DNA of 64,000 nt from Balanoglossus misakiensis. Taxonomy: Eukaryota; Animalia; Hemichordata. The notes below the pieces were generated by a model. That model ran no database searches. It was not told the DNA's origin and saw nothing but the letters and a program-made list of their open reading frames with translations. Every line of letters starts with the position of its first letter. The first letter of the stretch is position 1. This document shows, in pieces, positions 42,301 to 54,600 of this stretch. The stretch covers positions 12,276,520 through 12,340,519 of the forward strand of contig CM082578.2 in NCBI GenBank assembly GCA_040954595.2. The letters are read 5' to 3'. A program made the position numbers and the translations under genes.

Positions 42301-45300
42301 ACATGGCGTATCTGAAAATGTAACGTCGTGGCACCTGACAGGCTGATACTTACCAGCACATGGGGCAAGCCGTGATCCTCGGCGTATTCACTTCTGACGG
42401 GGGGCTCGTCTTCGGGCGGCGTGCATGTCAGTTGCGTGCGATAGAGAGAGACGACCGGTGTGCAGAATGCCAGTCCTATTTCCACGGTGATATCCTGTAC
42501 GCTCGCTCCGCAGTCCAGTCTTTCTCCCTATAGGACGAAATGATGTCGTGATGTGAACATGCATGCGCAGGTCGAATAGCAGCAGAATATAATGCAGGTT
42601 TCTTTATAAAGGGAACTGGTATGTGTCTCTTGAAAATGAAATCTCTCACACACACACACACACACACATGGGAATATCTATACAGTGCAGTAGAGGGTTA
42701 AAAACGTAACACCATGAGTCCGGACGATTGCACGTAAACCGTGCCATTTCATGGGTCGAAAACAGAACTGCACATGAAGCACACATGCACGCACGCACGC
42801 ACGCACGCACGTACGTACGTACATACACACATACATACACAAATACAGACCGAGTTGCAGTCGTCGGATTTTTTATATAAAACGCGAAAATTCATCCGGC
42901 ATTACCTCAATCACCAGATAGTTGCTAACACTGGGGTTGAAAGAGAGAATGTTGCGCGACCCACTGAACATATAATACACCGGGTCCCTGGTCACTATGA
43001 TGGTAGTGTACTTGCTGTCCAGATGTTGATCAATGACCGACGGCAGCCATTCTTCCACGCCATCGAGGACCAGTCCAATTCGGAACTCTATCGGTTCTCC
43101 GGATGGCGTCGTGGTTACCTCGTTGCACTCATCGTCACCAGCGTCATCGGCGCTTCGTTTGCTTCTCGTGCCGTTGAGAAATTCCGAGATAGCGATTTCC
43201 GGTGACGGACATGCCATGAAAGTGGAGTTCCTAACGCGGCATACCTGCAGAGCGTCGGTACGTTGTAAAAAGGGAAAGTCGACAAGCATTAAGCATTACA
43301 TGTACATGTATATACATTCAAAAACATAAGCTTAAAGCCATATGAGCAAGATCTCTCCCTCTCTCTCTACATTCAGTACAAACCTCACTACACAAACAAA
43401 ATAATGGCGATAAAAATAACCATTCGTGGCCACAGGTGGTCGAAGGGGCGATAGGCATTTTTCTGCACTTACCGAGTTGAATTCATCGACAAGGCTTTCA
43501 TTTACGAACATTTGTACGACAAACAAGGGTCTTGCTATGGAATCAAGGTTTGTACCAACGACATACTGGAGCTCTCCTCCCCTTTGCAGGAAAAAAAGGT
43601 TGTCCGTTAGATAGAACATTGTGAATGAGGGACTGCATGGGATCATGGCTAAGACAATGTTAACGAAATCTAAATTGTTCAGTATTCCGAGGGATGTTTA
43701 AAAGATGCCTTGGAAATAGGTCGAAATTGACCACCTCGATCCACTGTACAGCCGGCAGCTTACCCAACAAATGTCTTCAACGGATAGATCATTTCGATGA
43801 AGGGATTTTCAGTGTACGAGTAACTTCGCAGTGAGGTCAACGTGAACTGATTGCTGAAGTCGATCTGGATCGGAGCCAGGGTAATCTGTGGCGCTTCCTC
43901 TGTGACGCATACCAAACGTTCGTCTGTGGAAAAGTCGCTGTGAAAATGAAATGCAGAAGTGATCGATCAGATATATATGACAACAAACAACAAACTTATT
44001 TTGTTTATTTTATCAATCCATATAATCTAAAAAACAAGGAGGAAGAGCTCCCTGTGGATATAACAGGCCTACTGACATTTTCAGCTCACATGGCAGTCCA
44101 CCGATGCTTATGTGACGGCTATCACCCGAAAGCAGATTAGTGCCATTGAGTTCCAGTAACGTCCCTCCAGCTTGCGGTCCTTTGAGGGGTGCAAAATCTC
44201 TGAATGTCGGCTCCTGTTAAAGAGACAAAAACAAGTGCATGTAAAACATGAGACAACCGCGTAGAAATCGAATTGATTTTGTGACAAACGTTCATGAGTA
44301 TCATATCTCACTTACCACAAAACGGAAATGTTCCGTCGAATTCAGCCAGAGAATGGCGGGATAGTAGTTCAGTTTGACTGAAACGGGACCCTCATAAGCA
44401 AATTCCGGTGAATCTACGTTGCATCGCAGGCTGCAAAAGAAGTGCCACAAAAATCATTGGTCGGGTGGATTGCCTCAGTGTTATTAGAGCACAGGGAGCT
44501 CTTCCTCCTTGTTTGTAGTGTAAATGTTTGTTTGTTTGTTTACAAATATGACCACGTACAGACAAATAACTGTCGCCAAGTTACATAATTTATCTCCCAC
44601 CAGTCCATACATGTATATATATAAATTTAAATTAAAGAAGACGTGTATAAGCCATTTATAGCTTTATACAATTTGGACGAGGACGCTTACGTGTAGTTTG
44701 ACGGCAGCCGAGTATCGCCAACCAGGCCACCAGGGCTGGTGTAACTGAAATGGGCTCCATAGCACAGGAGATCGTCGCCGATGTATATTTGCGTGGTTTC
44801 TGACGGTTGTATCTCCTTTTCTACTGTAATGTTCACCACCAATAGTGTAGTTCCCACGTGAAGACCCGTTTGTGGAGAAAACTAAGTACAAATATAAAAC
44901 AAAACAAAAAACGCACACATGTAAGTGTCTCTCGAGGTCAGCAAAATTAATAGTGGTGTGTTTCTTTGCCTTCAAGCTTAAATATCCTAACACTTCCTCC
45001 AAGCGACGCTTTGTTGCCAAATCACCTGCCTGGCGATGATACTTTGCGACACTAAACGTACATCCATGAACTTCACCTACCGTCACGGTGTGGGAACCAA
45101 CTTGATCAATGTACAAACACGCTTCGTTTGGTAACTCGTTGTAAAAAGATTCAGCGTCAGTTTGTAGCCACGCACCGTTCGAACACTCAGACTCCAAGGT
45201 GCACCTGTGAACCAAAGACAAAGACGACTGGATTATTTGACTCATCGAGCAAATCGTAGGGAGTGAAATAACAGACCGAAATCTTTGTCTCTGGTGGCGG

Positions 45301-48233
45301 TATCCCGACTTGTTGATGCCACTACAGTGAGGCCAACGTGTGGCGATAATACCGCCTAGGTCACCAGTAGTCCATGTATTCACATTGAATGGAAAATACA
45401 ACAGCGAATACGACATTTGAGATACTTTAAACTGCACTAACCTATTTTGTTCCGTACACCATCCACAGTATACTTCTCTCACGCAGCTATCGCAAGAATA
45501 GCCGTGTAACGAACAATTTGCAAGGCGTGATTTGGTCACTGTTACAGCCTGTAAAGGTTCAATACAAACATACACTGATCAAGTACATGTACAATGATAC
45601 AATGATACAATGATACATACATACATACATACATACATACATACATACATGCATGCATACATACATACATACATACATACATACATACATACATACATAC
45701 ATACATACACACATACATACATACATACATACATACACACATACACACATACAATGTACATATATTGTTTAGAGACAATTATGCATAGGGGTTCTCATCT
45801 TGGTCGATTTTTGTCGATTCTTAGTCCAACTGTTGAGGGCGCTTTTCTGTAAGACTTTTCAAGGGTCTCATACATGGGCTGGCATGGTTTGGTTGGCTGG
45901 CTGTTTACAATGTATATGTGAATGGGTGGATAGATGGATTCGTATATACAACCAAACGACAACAGAATCTGCCTGTCTTACCAGAGTCTCCAGATTATTT
46001 GCAAAGGTGTATACGTGAGCATTGTCCGGATGAAGCCTAAATTGCGTGTTTACTGGTGCACACTCAAACAGTGGTTCGTCTGGATAGGGTGAATACATGG
46101 TGTGAGCCGGCCATATAGGAACCTGCAACCAAGATTAGTTGTAAATTTCATCGATATCACCATATCATGACTTTCATGACATAACCCGAAACACGTGGGC
46201 ATGAAGTCATGATAATTTACGGTACAAAGTCATGATACAGTAAGTTGACGAAGCCCTATAGAATGCAACTTTTTGCCACTATTTTAATCCCGCGAGTTTT
46301 CATGACGAAAGTGGCTTGATATATGCAAAATACAGCCAGGCTGGACTTTCTCTTTAAATAGTACATTTTGTTCCCATCATCAGCGCAACAGGACTGCCAA
46401 AAATGTAACTTATGGGTAAAAAATACTTCAAAAATAATAATAATAATAACATATTAAAAGAACAATTCGGCATTTTCCCACCTATTTTCGTCACCTTAGA
46501 AATGCCGATTTTTAACTGTTCGGGTACTCACGGATCGCATATAGCCACTTCCGTCGCTGCTGAGAAACACGGAGAGCTTTCCAGTGTTCACAACAGAAGC
46601 CATCACTGTCTCCCCTACGTCGACGTCCATGACAGCCTGGCCAACGATGGGTACCGGACCGGAAAATTTTCGAAGATCCCCGGGAATATCACACACTACA
46701 TCCTCGGCCGCGTACTGTGTCTGTAATGAAAGAAGAATGTAGATATACAGTTGTGTTGGATAGAATCAGTCCTTGTATTGTTTTTATAAATGTACTATTT
46801 CTCTTACCGAAATGAATGTTTCTCCCCTACATCATGGTAAATGATTATGGCCGATCTGCTCATGTACCTGCACGTGAGCAGATCGTCAACGCACTGCAAG
46901 CCTTGCAGTTTCTCCGGTCATAAGGCTCCACTGCGAATTGCAAGTGCACATTGCACATTTACCAGAATGTAGTATCATATTATGCAGCGCAATGTTTAAA
47001 ATATATCACATTATTAAACAGAATAAAATAGTTACTATCCCAGGCTTTACATTTCAGCATGAAGAGCAACACACCTGGAAAATCAGACTTTAATTTCTGT
47101 CTTCAAGTGAAATAAATGCTTTTGGCGTTCTTCTAACTTACATTTCCAGGACACTCCACCCATGTCGCGTTATTTGTCTCGTCAGGGGCTGCAGGGTTCA
47201 TGCGAAGTCCGTCCAAGCACATGTCAATGTTGAGGAGGAACGCGTCCTCCACCTGGGACATCGATGTTGCGCAGAGAAGTCCGCGTGACATGACGTAATA
47301 CAGGACATCCTCGCCTTCTCGATATTCCAGAGATGCCAAACCCTGACTGGCCGTCGTCAACTGCGCCCAGGTCACCGACTGACGGTAAATCATTTCATCT
47401 CCGCCCGCCACGCGCTTCCTTCTGCTGGGCGGCTGCCGCGACCTGGCCCACTGCAGAGGCTGTCGGCACTGCAAGGGCACCTCCATGTACGAGGAGTACG
47501 TGGTGTCAGACTGGCACACGCGAAAGATGCGAGCCTCGGTTCCTGAGTTGGCCAACCCAAGCGAACCAACGAAATAGCTGAATCCGTTGTGGCTGAACCC
47601 GTACACTACGGACTCTGGACCGGGAAAAGAGTTCGAGAAAGTCGATAAAAACAAAGCGGACTGTTTGTCGCTAGTTTCCGAACCCGACAGTAATCCAAGG
47701 AAGTTGGCATCGGCCGTACTTCTACTGGCGATTCTTGGTATCTCGCAGTCTTGGTAACTCAGCTGCGGAGTTGTAGCCGCGAACAGGACGTCGTAATTGG
47801 CGCCCGCGAAAAACGCAACGACGTCGGACCCGGTCGGTGTGCAAGCTAACGGATAGTAGTCGGAAAAGACGCAGGTGGCTTGGACGTCGATCCGTCTTAA
47901 GTTTTCTAATTCGTACCGAAAACATCGCGAATTTGAGCCGCACACTATCAAAGACGTCCGGACGTAATCGATGATCATAAATTTCACAAACTCGGGCACG
48001 TCCGCTGTCTGTCGTGTGCTCAGGTTTTCGTCGAGTCGGTAAATCGTTGATCCTACTTCAGAGAAGGGCGTCGCTGCAGCCAGGTAGATGTCGCCGTTGT
48101 CTCGATTCGTCACCACGTACATCATGTCACCAGCCAGGTCGACAGTTCGGACCGGTGCCTGTGACTGGGCTGCGCATATATTGACCAGACAGGCAAATGA
48201 CAGCAACAGACAGACACGCAACGCGAGCGCCAT
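39353..48233 (-). CDS. MET: MET/RON (HGF receptor)-family receptor tyrosine kinase: signal, Sema, PSI, IPT repeats, TM, kinase; about 18 coding exons
   Basis: Large Sema exon 48233-47141 with RRKR site; [16 protein letters not shown]; IPT exons ([29 protein letters not shown]); TM at ~42060-42130; kinase [63 protein letters not shown]; stop at 39353. Family-level call; strict orthology not established. Confidence 0.88.
44032..44514. repeat. Perfect 25-bp intronic inverted repeat pair bracketing two exons of the MET-like gene
   Basis: aaacaaggaggaagagctccctgtg (44032-44056) and cacagggagctcttcctccttgttt (44490-44514). Confidence 0.9.
45612..45752. repeat. (TACA)n microsatellite
   Basis: Directly visible. 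Confidence 0.95.
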
Positions 48234-48787
48234 CGTGAATAGTTCAGCCAAACGAGTTTCACCCTTAGGCCTAGATCGGGATGATTCCTCGTTGCACGCA
48301 CCACTGCAACTGTTTGCGTCGTTTTGTTTAGAACGGGGCGTGCTGGGTATATATAAGAAGAGAGAAACAAATTAGATTAAATTGCATCAACGAATGTCAA
48401 CACGCTATGGTATTAGTACCCGCAAACCATTTTGGATCGAGATTTGTCAGGTACATGCAACGTTAGCCTAGTATCTTGCCGTATTTTGTCCGCTTTGCTA
48501 TGCAACGTAAGTGAAGACGAATGATGTCTTCAATATATTAACCAGCGTCAAACTGTTTTGCACTGTGCAGAGAGTGAATTGGTTTATTAATAGATTTCGA
48601 TAAAAAAAGACGCGGGTATACAGAAATGACAGAAATAATATCGAATCATGTTGTGATAGCTAAACATCAGACAGAACCTGACATACGCATTTTTTGTTTG
48701 AAAATTGATCAGTGGAATCTTGAATGAATGACAATGCCTGAAGCCCGCGGACTTTATATAATCATAGGCAGTAGTTTATGATATAAT

Positions 48788-48817
48788 CATAGACCCTGGG
48801 TCGCTCCAGGGTCTATG
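48788..48817. mobile_element. 30-bp transposon-end remnant with 12-bp inverted ends and 7-bp direct repeats
   Basis: catagaccctgg-gtcgct-ccagggtctatg flanked by ATATAAT at 48781-48787 and 48818-48824. Confidence 0.65.
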
Positions 48818-51653
48818 ATATAATGGACTTCCACTCACAAGGAAGTCGAGGTACTGGCATGCTCCGGAAGTGCACCCACAGGGCACTTGAAACACGCCCA
48901 GAGATTCTCTTAAAATATCCGGTAAATGGTGGCAAATATTAAAAGTGTAAAAAGTCATGGCCAGCAAGATTTGTGTTCTGGTGATGGAGGATGACAGAGT
49001 ACAAATAATTACGGCTCTTAGACATTGCTTTTGTTGATGTAGACATTTTCTGCATCTTCAGATTTCTTATACGGCCTCCAAATTTGTGTATATCAACTTT
49101 TCCTCTTGGTTGTTAGATTTGCATCAAGAAATGTGATTATGTCATCAGCGGAATAAAGACACTCTCCCGAGACATCATTAATATTACCATTACAGGATGA
49201 AATTTTGACATAGTATAGCGTTGTCGCATTTACAATTCTAACCCCTTCCCAGAACAGGTTTATGAAATGTGACCCTCCCCGATTCCTCCGGCCGACCCCT
49301 CAATGAAACTTTCCTCACAGGTACATGTACTGCTCTCGTGGACAAACGCTTCTGGTTCTAATTCTAAACCTTGACGTTCACGTCATAGGGAGGGACCGTC
49401 ATTCGGGTGAAATTTGAACATAATTCTTCGGTGAAATATGATGATTTACTCATTCGATCCCTCGAAGGGTAATGAAAAGCGTGGCGCGAACAAGCGAACA
49501 TCTACTTTTGTTGTAATTTATTTAGGCATAACACACAGTGAACGCATAATGAACGTTTCGACCGACTGCTAGTCACAGCATGGAAGGAGGCCATCCATTT
49601 AGACGCATTTCAACTGGGTGTGGCGCTGGCGTAAATCAAGATCGATACCGCCACAGCAAGTTTATTTTTACTAAAACATAATTTCTAACTATCGCACATA
49701 CCGTGTGAAAGTGGTCAGTTATCAAAAATGTTATATCCAAACGCCAATACACCGACCATTCCCCAGGACTCATGATATATGAGACCACAGTGTAATAGAG
49801 GGACTGTGATGTGACGAAACACCAGTTTGTTTATTCTCGATGAATGACATATGCATCCTGTTGTGAATGTATTCTCAGAATCTATTATCAACTATGAGTG
49901 ACGTCACTGCGTGCAGTGTCTTTTACCGAAGGCACTGGTCGATCATGTCTGTGTTAAAATTCATTACAGATACCATCTTGGGCACTGTACGAAAACTGTG
50001 CATAACTCAATGTGGTGACTTTTCGAAAGTTTTACAATGCAACCTGATGCCGCGTCGGAAACTATAGGCATAGAGTACGCGTGATCTAATGAGAATAATG
50101 GTCCAATGGGTCCGTCCATTCAATTGTATTGTCATCGTCCCCGGGATAGGATACAATACCCTAATGGCCACACAGTAAGTCCCCGTAGCGGACTACGTTT
50201 TATTTATTAACGTTTTATTGCCGCCAGACAATCACTACCACGCTTCAGTCTACGGTATGTCTCGAATAGGGTGGAATCTGAGCTGTGGTGGAGATTGTTC
50301 GGATTAGAGAGATTATAGATCAGGTCAACAGTGCTGCGTCGTTCACATAAAAACCGCTCACTTGAACCACATAGTCATGCAGACAGTCACTGTGAGACAG
50401 TCTATGACTTAACAGTCGAATGCTGACATTAAAAGTATCTTCAAACTCAAAGTGCGGTCTCCCGAAAGTGGCTATACTCACCGATTAATTATTAAGACTA
50501 TGTCTCTCTCCTGGATCAGTCTAAAAAAATCTCCTGGGTGAACTCAGCAGGATTTGACCAGGCAGGAACAGTTGTGGTAGCAGGTCAACGCAAGGGACAC
50601 ACCTCAAGAATATTGTGGCGTGAAGCCCTGCGTGCCAATTATTTGCATAGCTTGCGTTGAAAGAGAAACTTACCATACTGCGTGACCTTTCAACTTTCGG
50701 CCCACTCAGAGATGACGTGCCGTCCCAGCCCGCTACTGGTACGTCAGTCTGTTGACGTGACTTAAGACGTGGGGTGGGGGAGGGGTGTCAGTTGGCGATG
50801 GGGGGGGGGGGTCTTAGGGAAAAGGGAAGACATTCTTCCAACCATGGAGCTACCACATAGCCCCATGTTCCAACTTTATCACTGCTGATGTGACCTTACG
50901 TCAATTTCACGCAGCGCTTGTTCTGGATTTCAATATTGTTCCGGCTTACATACATACACATAAATATCACTTTAATATTAATATTTAGTATCCATTAATA
51001 GGGTCAGTAGATCATGCATGGGTTGAAGATACTTCCTGTGTACGTGAATGATGAGGGTGGCAGGATAGGTTCGCGTGGGTATTCTTTGAAATCCCGAAAT
51101 ACTTTTCCCATAAAAAAAAACGTTCCATTTTTAATGACCCCCCGTCAATTATACAAGAGACGACAAATGGCCGCTGTATGATATTAAAATGCGTCAACAA
51201 ATCTATGCATAGCTACTTCCTGTCTTTATTTACATGCAGTACTGAGTTATTTACAATTCTCTGTGACGCAGTTCTATGGGTCTGTTCTCTGCCTTCAAAA
51301 TACAAACATACATTTTGAGTATCATATTATATATTATTGAACATGCATAAAAAATGATACCAAAACATCTGGGGCAAACCTCCAACACATACCAACCACA
51401 TTTTCCTTTCACGCACACAATATTTGACCCAATCCGGTTGCAAATAGGCCTAATAAATAATTTCCAGACAATTTTTCCTTTCGAAGACTGCAGTTGCATT
51501 GGCGGTCAACGTTTATATAACGACGAGTGATAGGGGGCGCTCTAACATTTCTAACCCGGAAGTTGTGTGGGAGCTAGGCGACAGGATCAGCTGGCTGGAG
51601 GAGGGAAGCGCGAAAAGCAAAAGTTGGTTTTCTGACTGAAAACTGTCGTGGAC

Positions 51654-54600
51654 ATGAGTACGTTTTCCGGGAAAACACTTGAGTACCCTGAATTCAGCAT
51701 CGACTGTTTCGATCGGAACAATCTCAAAGCGAAAGCGTACTTTTTGAGCCATGCTCACTTAGGTAAGTCAGGGAAGTGGGCGTGTCGATATCAAAGAAGC
51801 AGAGTGTTGAAGTCTGTGTTGTTGTCAATTTCAATGTCATTTGTCAGGTACTTGTTACCAACTTGGGGACCGCAACACTACATTTAAGTCAGTGGAAAAC
51901 ATCTTGCTTTTAAATTTATGAAATGCACAATACTCAACGTATCATGGCATCTCACTCGGGCATTGATTCTGTAGGTGTACTAACTCCACAGGTAATGTAC
52001 ATACGTATCGTATAGGAAAATTTAACTTGCTGAAACTTGAAGATTGATGAGGGTTGTGCATTCAAACTTTCAGATCACATGACAGGACTGAATTCACCGG
52101 TGTTTGCCCAGAGGTTACAGTCAAGGTAAGTGATGTAAACACACACACAAGCCTTTTGATGACATGTTGGACTCTGGGACTGAGGAAGTAGGTGAAATTT
52201 ATACCACACGGTTTTATGGAGAACATCCAGACTCCTTACAGGGACCCTTTCTTTTCACATGAGGGGTCCCAAATGAAGGTTTGAATTTGACATACTGGTA
52301 TTCAAAAGAAGATTAGCTGTAACCTTTTGACTGTATATTTTTTAGTATTTTTGTTTTGTGTACCATTGCAATTTCTTGCTTATATGTTTCTGGACTTTGA
52401 ACAAGAAACTTCAGTAGATACACAGGACAAAACTGCTGGAAACATAGCCAATGAAGCTTTAGTTCCATTATGATGAGACATGGACTCACTATGTGATCAT
52501 TAGTGCAACCCTGACCTGTACGATGAGTTCTTGTCATATTTTATATTATTTTGAATAATGACACATTGATGCATGATGATAGTGAGGACAATATGCAGCC
52601 TCTCAAACAGGTATCTTCTAATCTTTTGCCTGTTTGCTGCCATTGTTTACAGCCTACATACCAAACTGTATTGCTCAGCGGTGACCAAAGGACTGCTGAT
52701 TTCCAATCCACATTATCGATATTTAGAAAAATACATTGAAGACCTTCCAAATGAAACACCCAAGTCAATTGAACTGTATGATGACTTCTCTACAAAGGTA
52801 AGGAGATTTGAGTGAAATGTGTTGCAACACCTTCTCCCCTAATCAATGACTAAAATAATATTTTGATTATACAAGACTCCAGTCATCATCAAAGTCGATT
52901 TTTGATGAAAAATTATACATACATATATTTTAATATTCAATTCCATTCATACTTTCATTCATATTATAGTTACTGCTTTAATTATGGTCTAGGGCTATTA
53001 CTTTGTACTTTATTCCAGCATAATTTATTGAATTCTAGAGTTTGTGTGTTCCCATAATTATAACTAGGTAACTGTCTCTCATGTCTTCTTTACAGCAAGA
53101 GTCTGTATTTGTAACTGCAATACCGAATGGACACTGCCCTGGGTCAGTCATGTAAGTTTTTTCGCATTGATTGTAACGTCTATACTTGGTTGACAGCATG
53201 CTGCCTTATGGCAATGTCTGTATGCAATTTTTGTAACCAGAGTCTCTGGTTTGGCACATCCGCATAAGACGACCGTCGCCCTTTAATGTCACAGGAGACC
53301 ATGCACATACATCCTTCTATCAGACAACAGCTTGACCCGATGTGACCTTTTACATCCTGAGTGTAACTCCAGAACAGTAAACATACTATTAAATTGTGCA
53401 CTTGTCTCTGACTCATCCTGAAACAAAACTTTGAATCTTTGTCTGTTACTTAAAGAGTTGAATGATGTACGATGTGATCCCAACCAAAGCACTTGGGTGT
53501 AAGGTCATTGAGGGGTCGCATGAGAGTGGTCTTTCTTTTGTTCAAATATCTTTTGGGGTCGTTCAGAGTGTTATTATGGCTGTATAGGTTGATATTACAT
53601 CTACATTGTACACCCAACATGTGTGGTGTGGTTATACTTTAATTCATGCCAGCTGCCAAAGGAAGCATTCAAGGCATAGACGCAGCACTCCAAATGGTGG
53701 TGGCGCTGACACTAAAGCTACCTACTTTGAGAAGAATCATTTCATAAAATATGATCTTTTTTGGAAAAAATATGAATTCATTTTCTTCTGAAGAATAGTA
53801 TAAAAAACTTATATTTATTCCATATGAATGTTATAATGACTGTGTATTATAGCATGGTTCTAGTAACCGTGATTATATTTGGTGAAAATCTGCCCACTGC
53901 AAATGTTTTCTTGTTTGAATAAGCCATGTGTCATTAATGTGATTGATTGTGTGACAACTGCTTATAAGAGATGGGCATAGACTGGTTCCTGTACATCTTG
54001 TGCTTTAGTCTTTAAGATGTTACCACCAATTTATTATAATGTTTACACGTAGCCGAGTAAATTAAACAGAAAGACTGCACTCTTCCATTTTAAATACATC
54101 ATGTATGAACATATGAGCTTGAACGCATAAACATTGCAACCTTGATTCTGGCCATTGCAATTTTTGCATAAACATCATGATTTAGGAGGCCTCCTGCACC
54201 CGATTCAGCCTTATGTAGGTTATAGTACATTTAATATCTCGTAGTGTCATTTCTAGGCTCTGAAAATGTTTCAGAAATACCCCCACGCAGCAAAATCATT
54301 GCTTGAAAAGCATATATCTTTTACTCTCACCTTACAAATTCCTCGGATTATTGAGAACAACAGCTGGCCACATTCCTTTTCGGGATAACATCTTGTCACG
54401 TCTCGCCAAAAAATTCCTCCTATGATCACCACTGGGATGCCTGTCACGTCTAATCATACGTAACTGGGCTTTCTCTGGATAGGTTTCTGTTCGAGGGGAG
54501 CCGCGGTACCATTCTCTACACGGGAGATTTCCGACTGGCCAAAGAAGCCGTGAAAAGAATAGAGCCACTCCACTCAGGGACAAGGTGAGGAAAGTTTATC

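Noticed and set aside
44664-45575. 303-aa ORF as a separate gene
   Set aside because: Chance read-through across introns linking MET-like PSI/IPT exons
46165-46885. Short intronic hairpins (atcatgact.../...agtcatgat; cgatctgctca/tgagcagatcg)
   Set aside because: Short stems without TSDs, not bracketing exons; compatible with repeat debris
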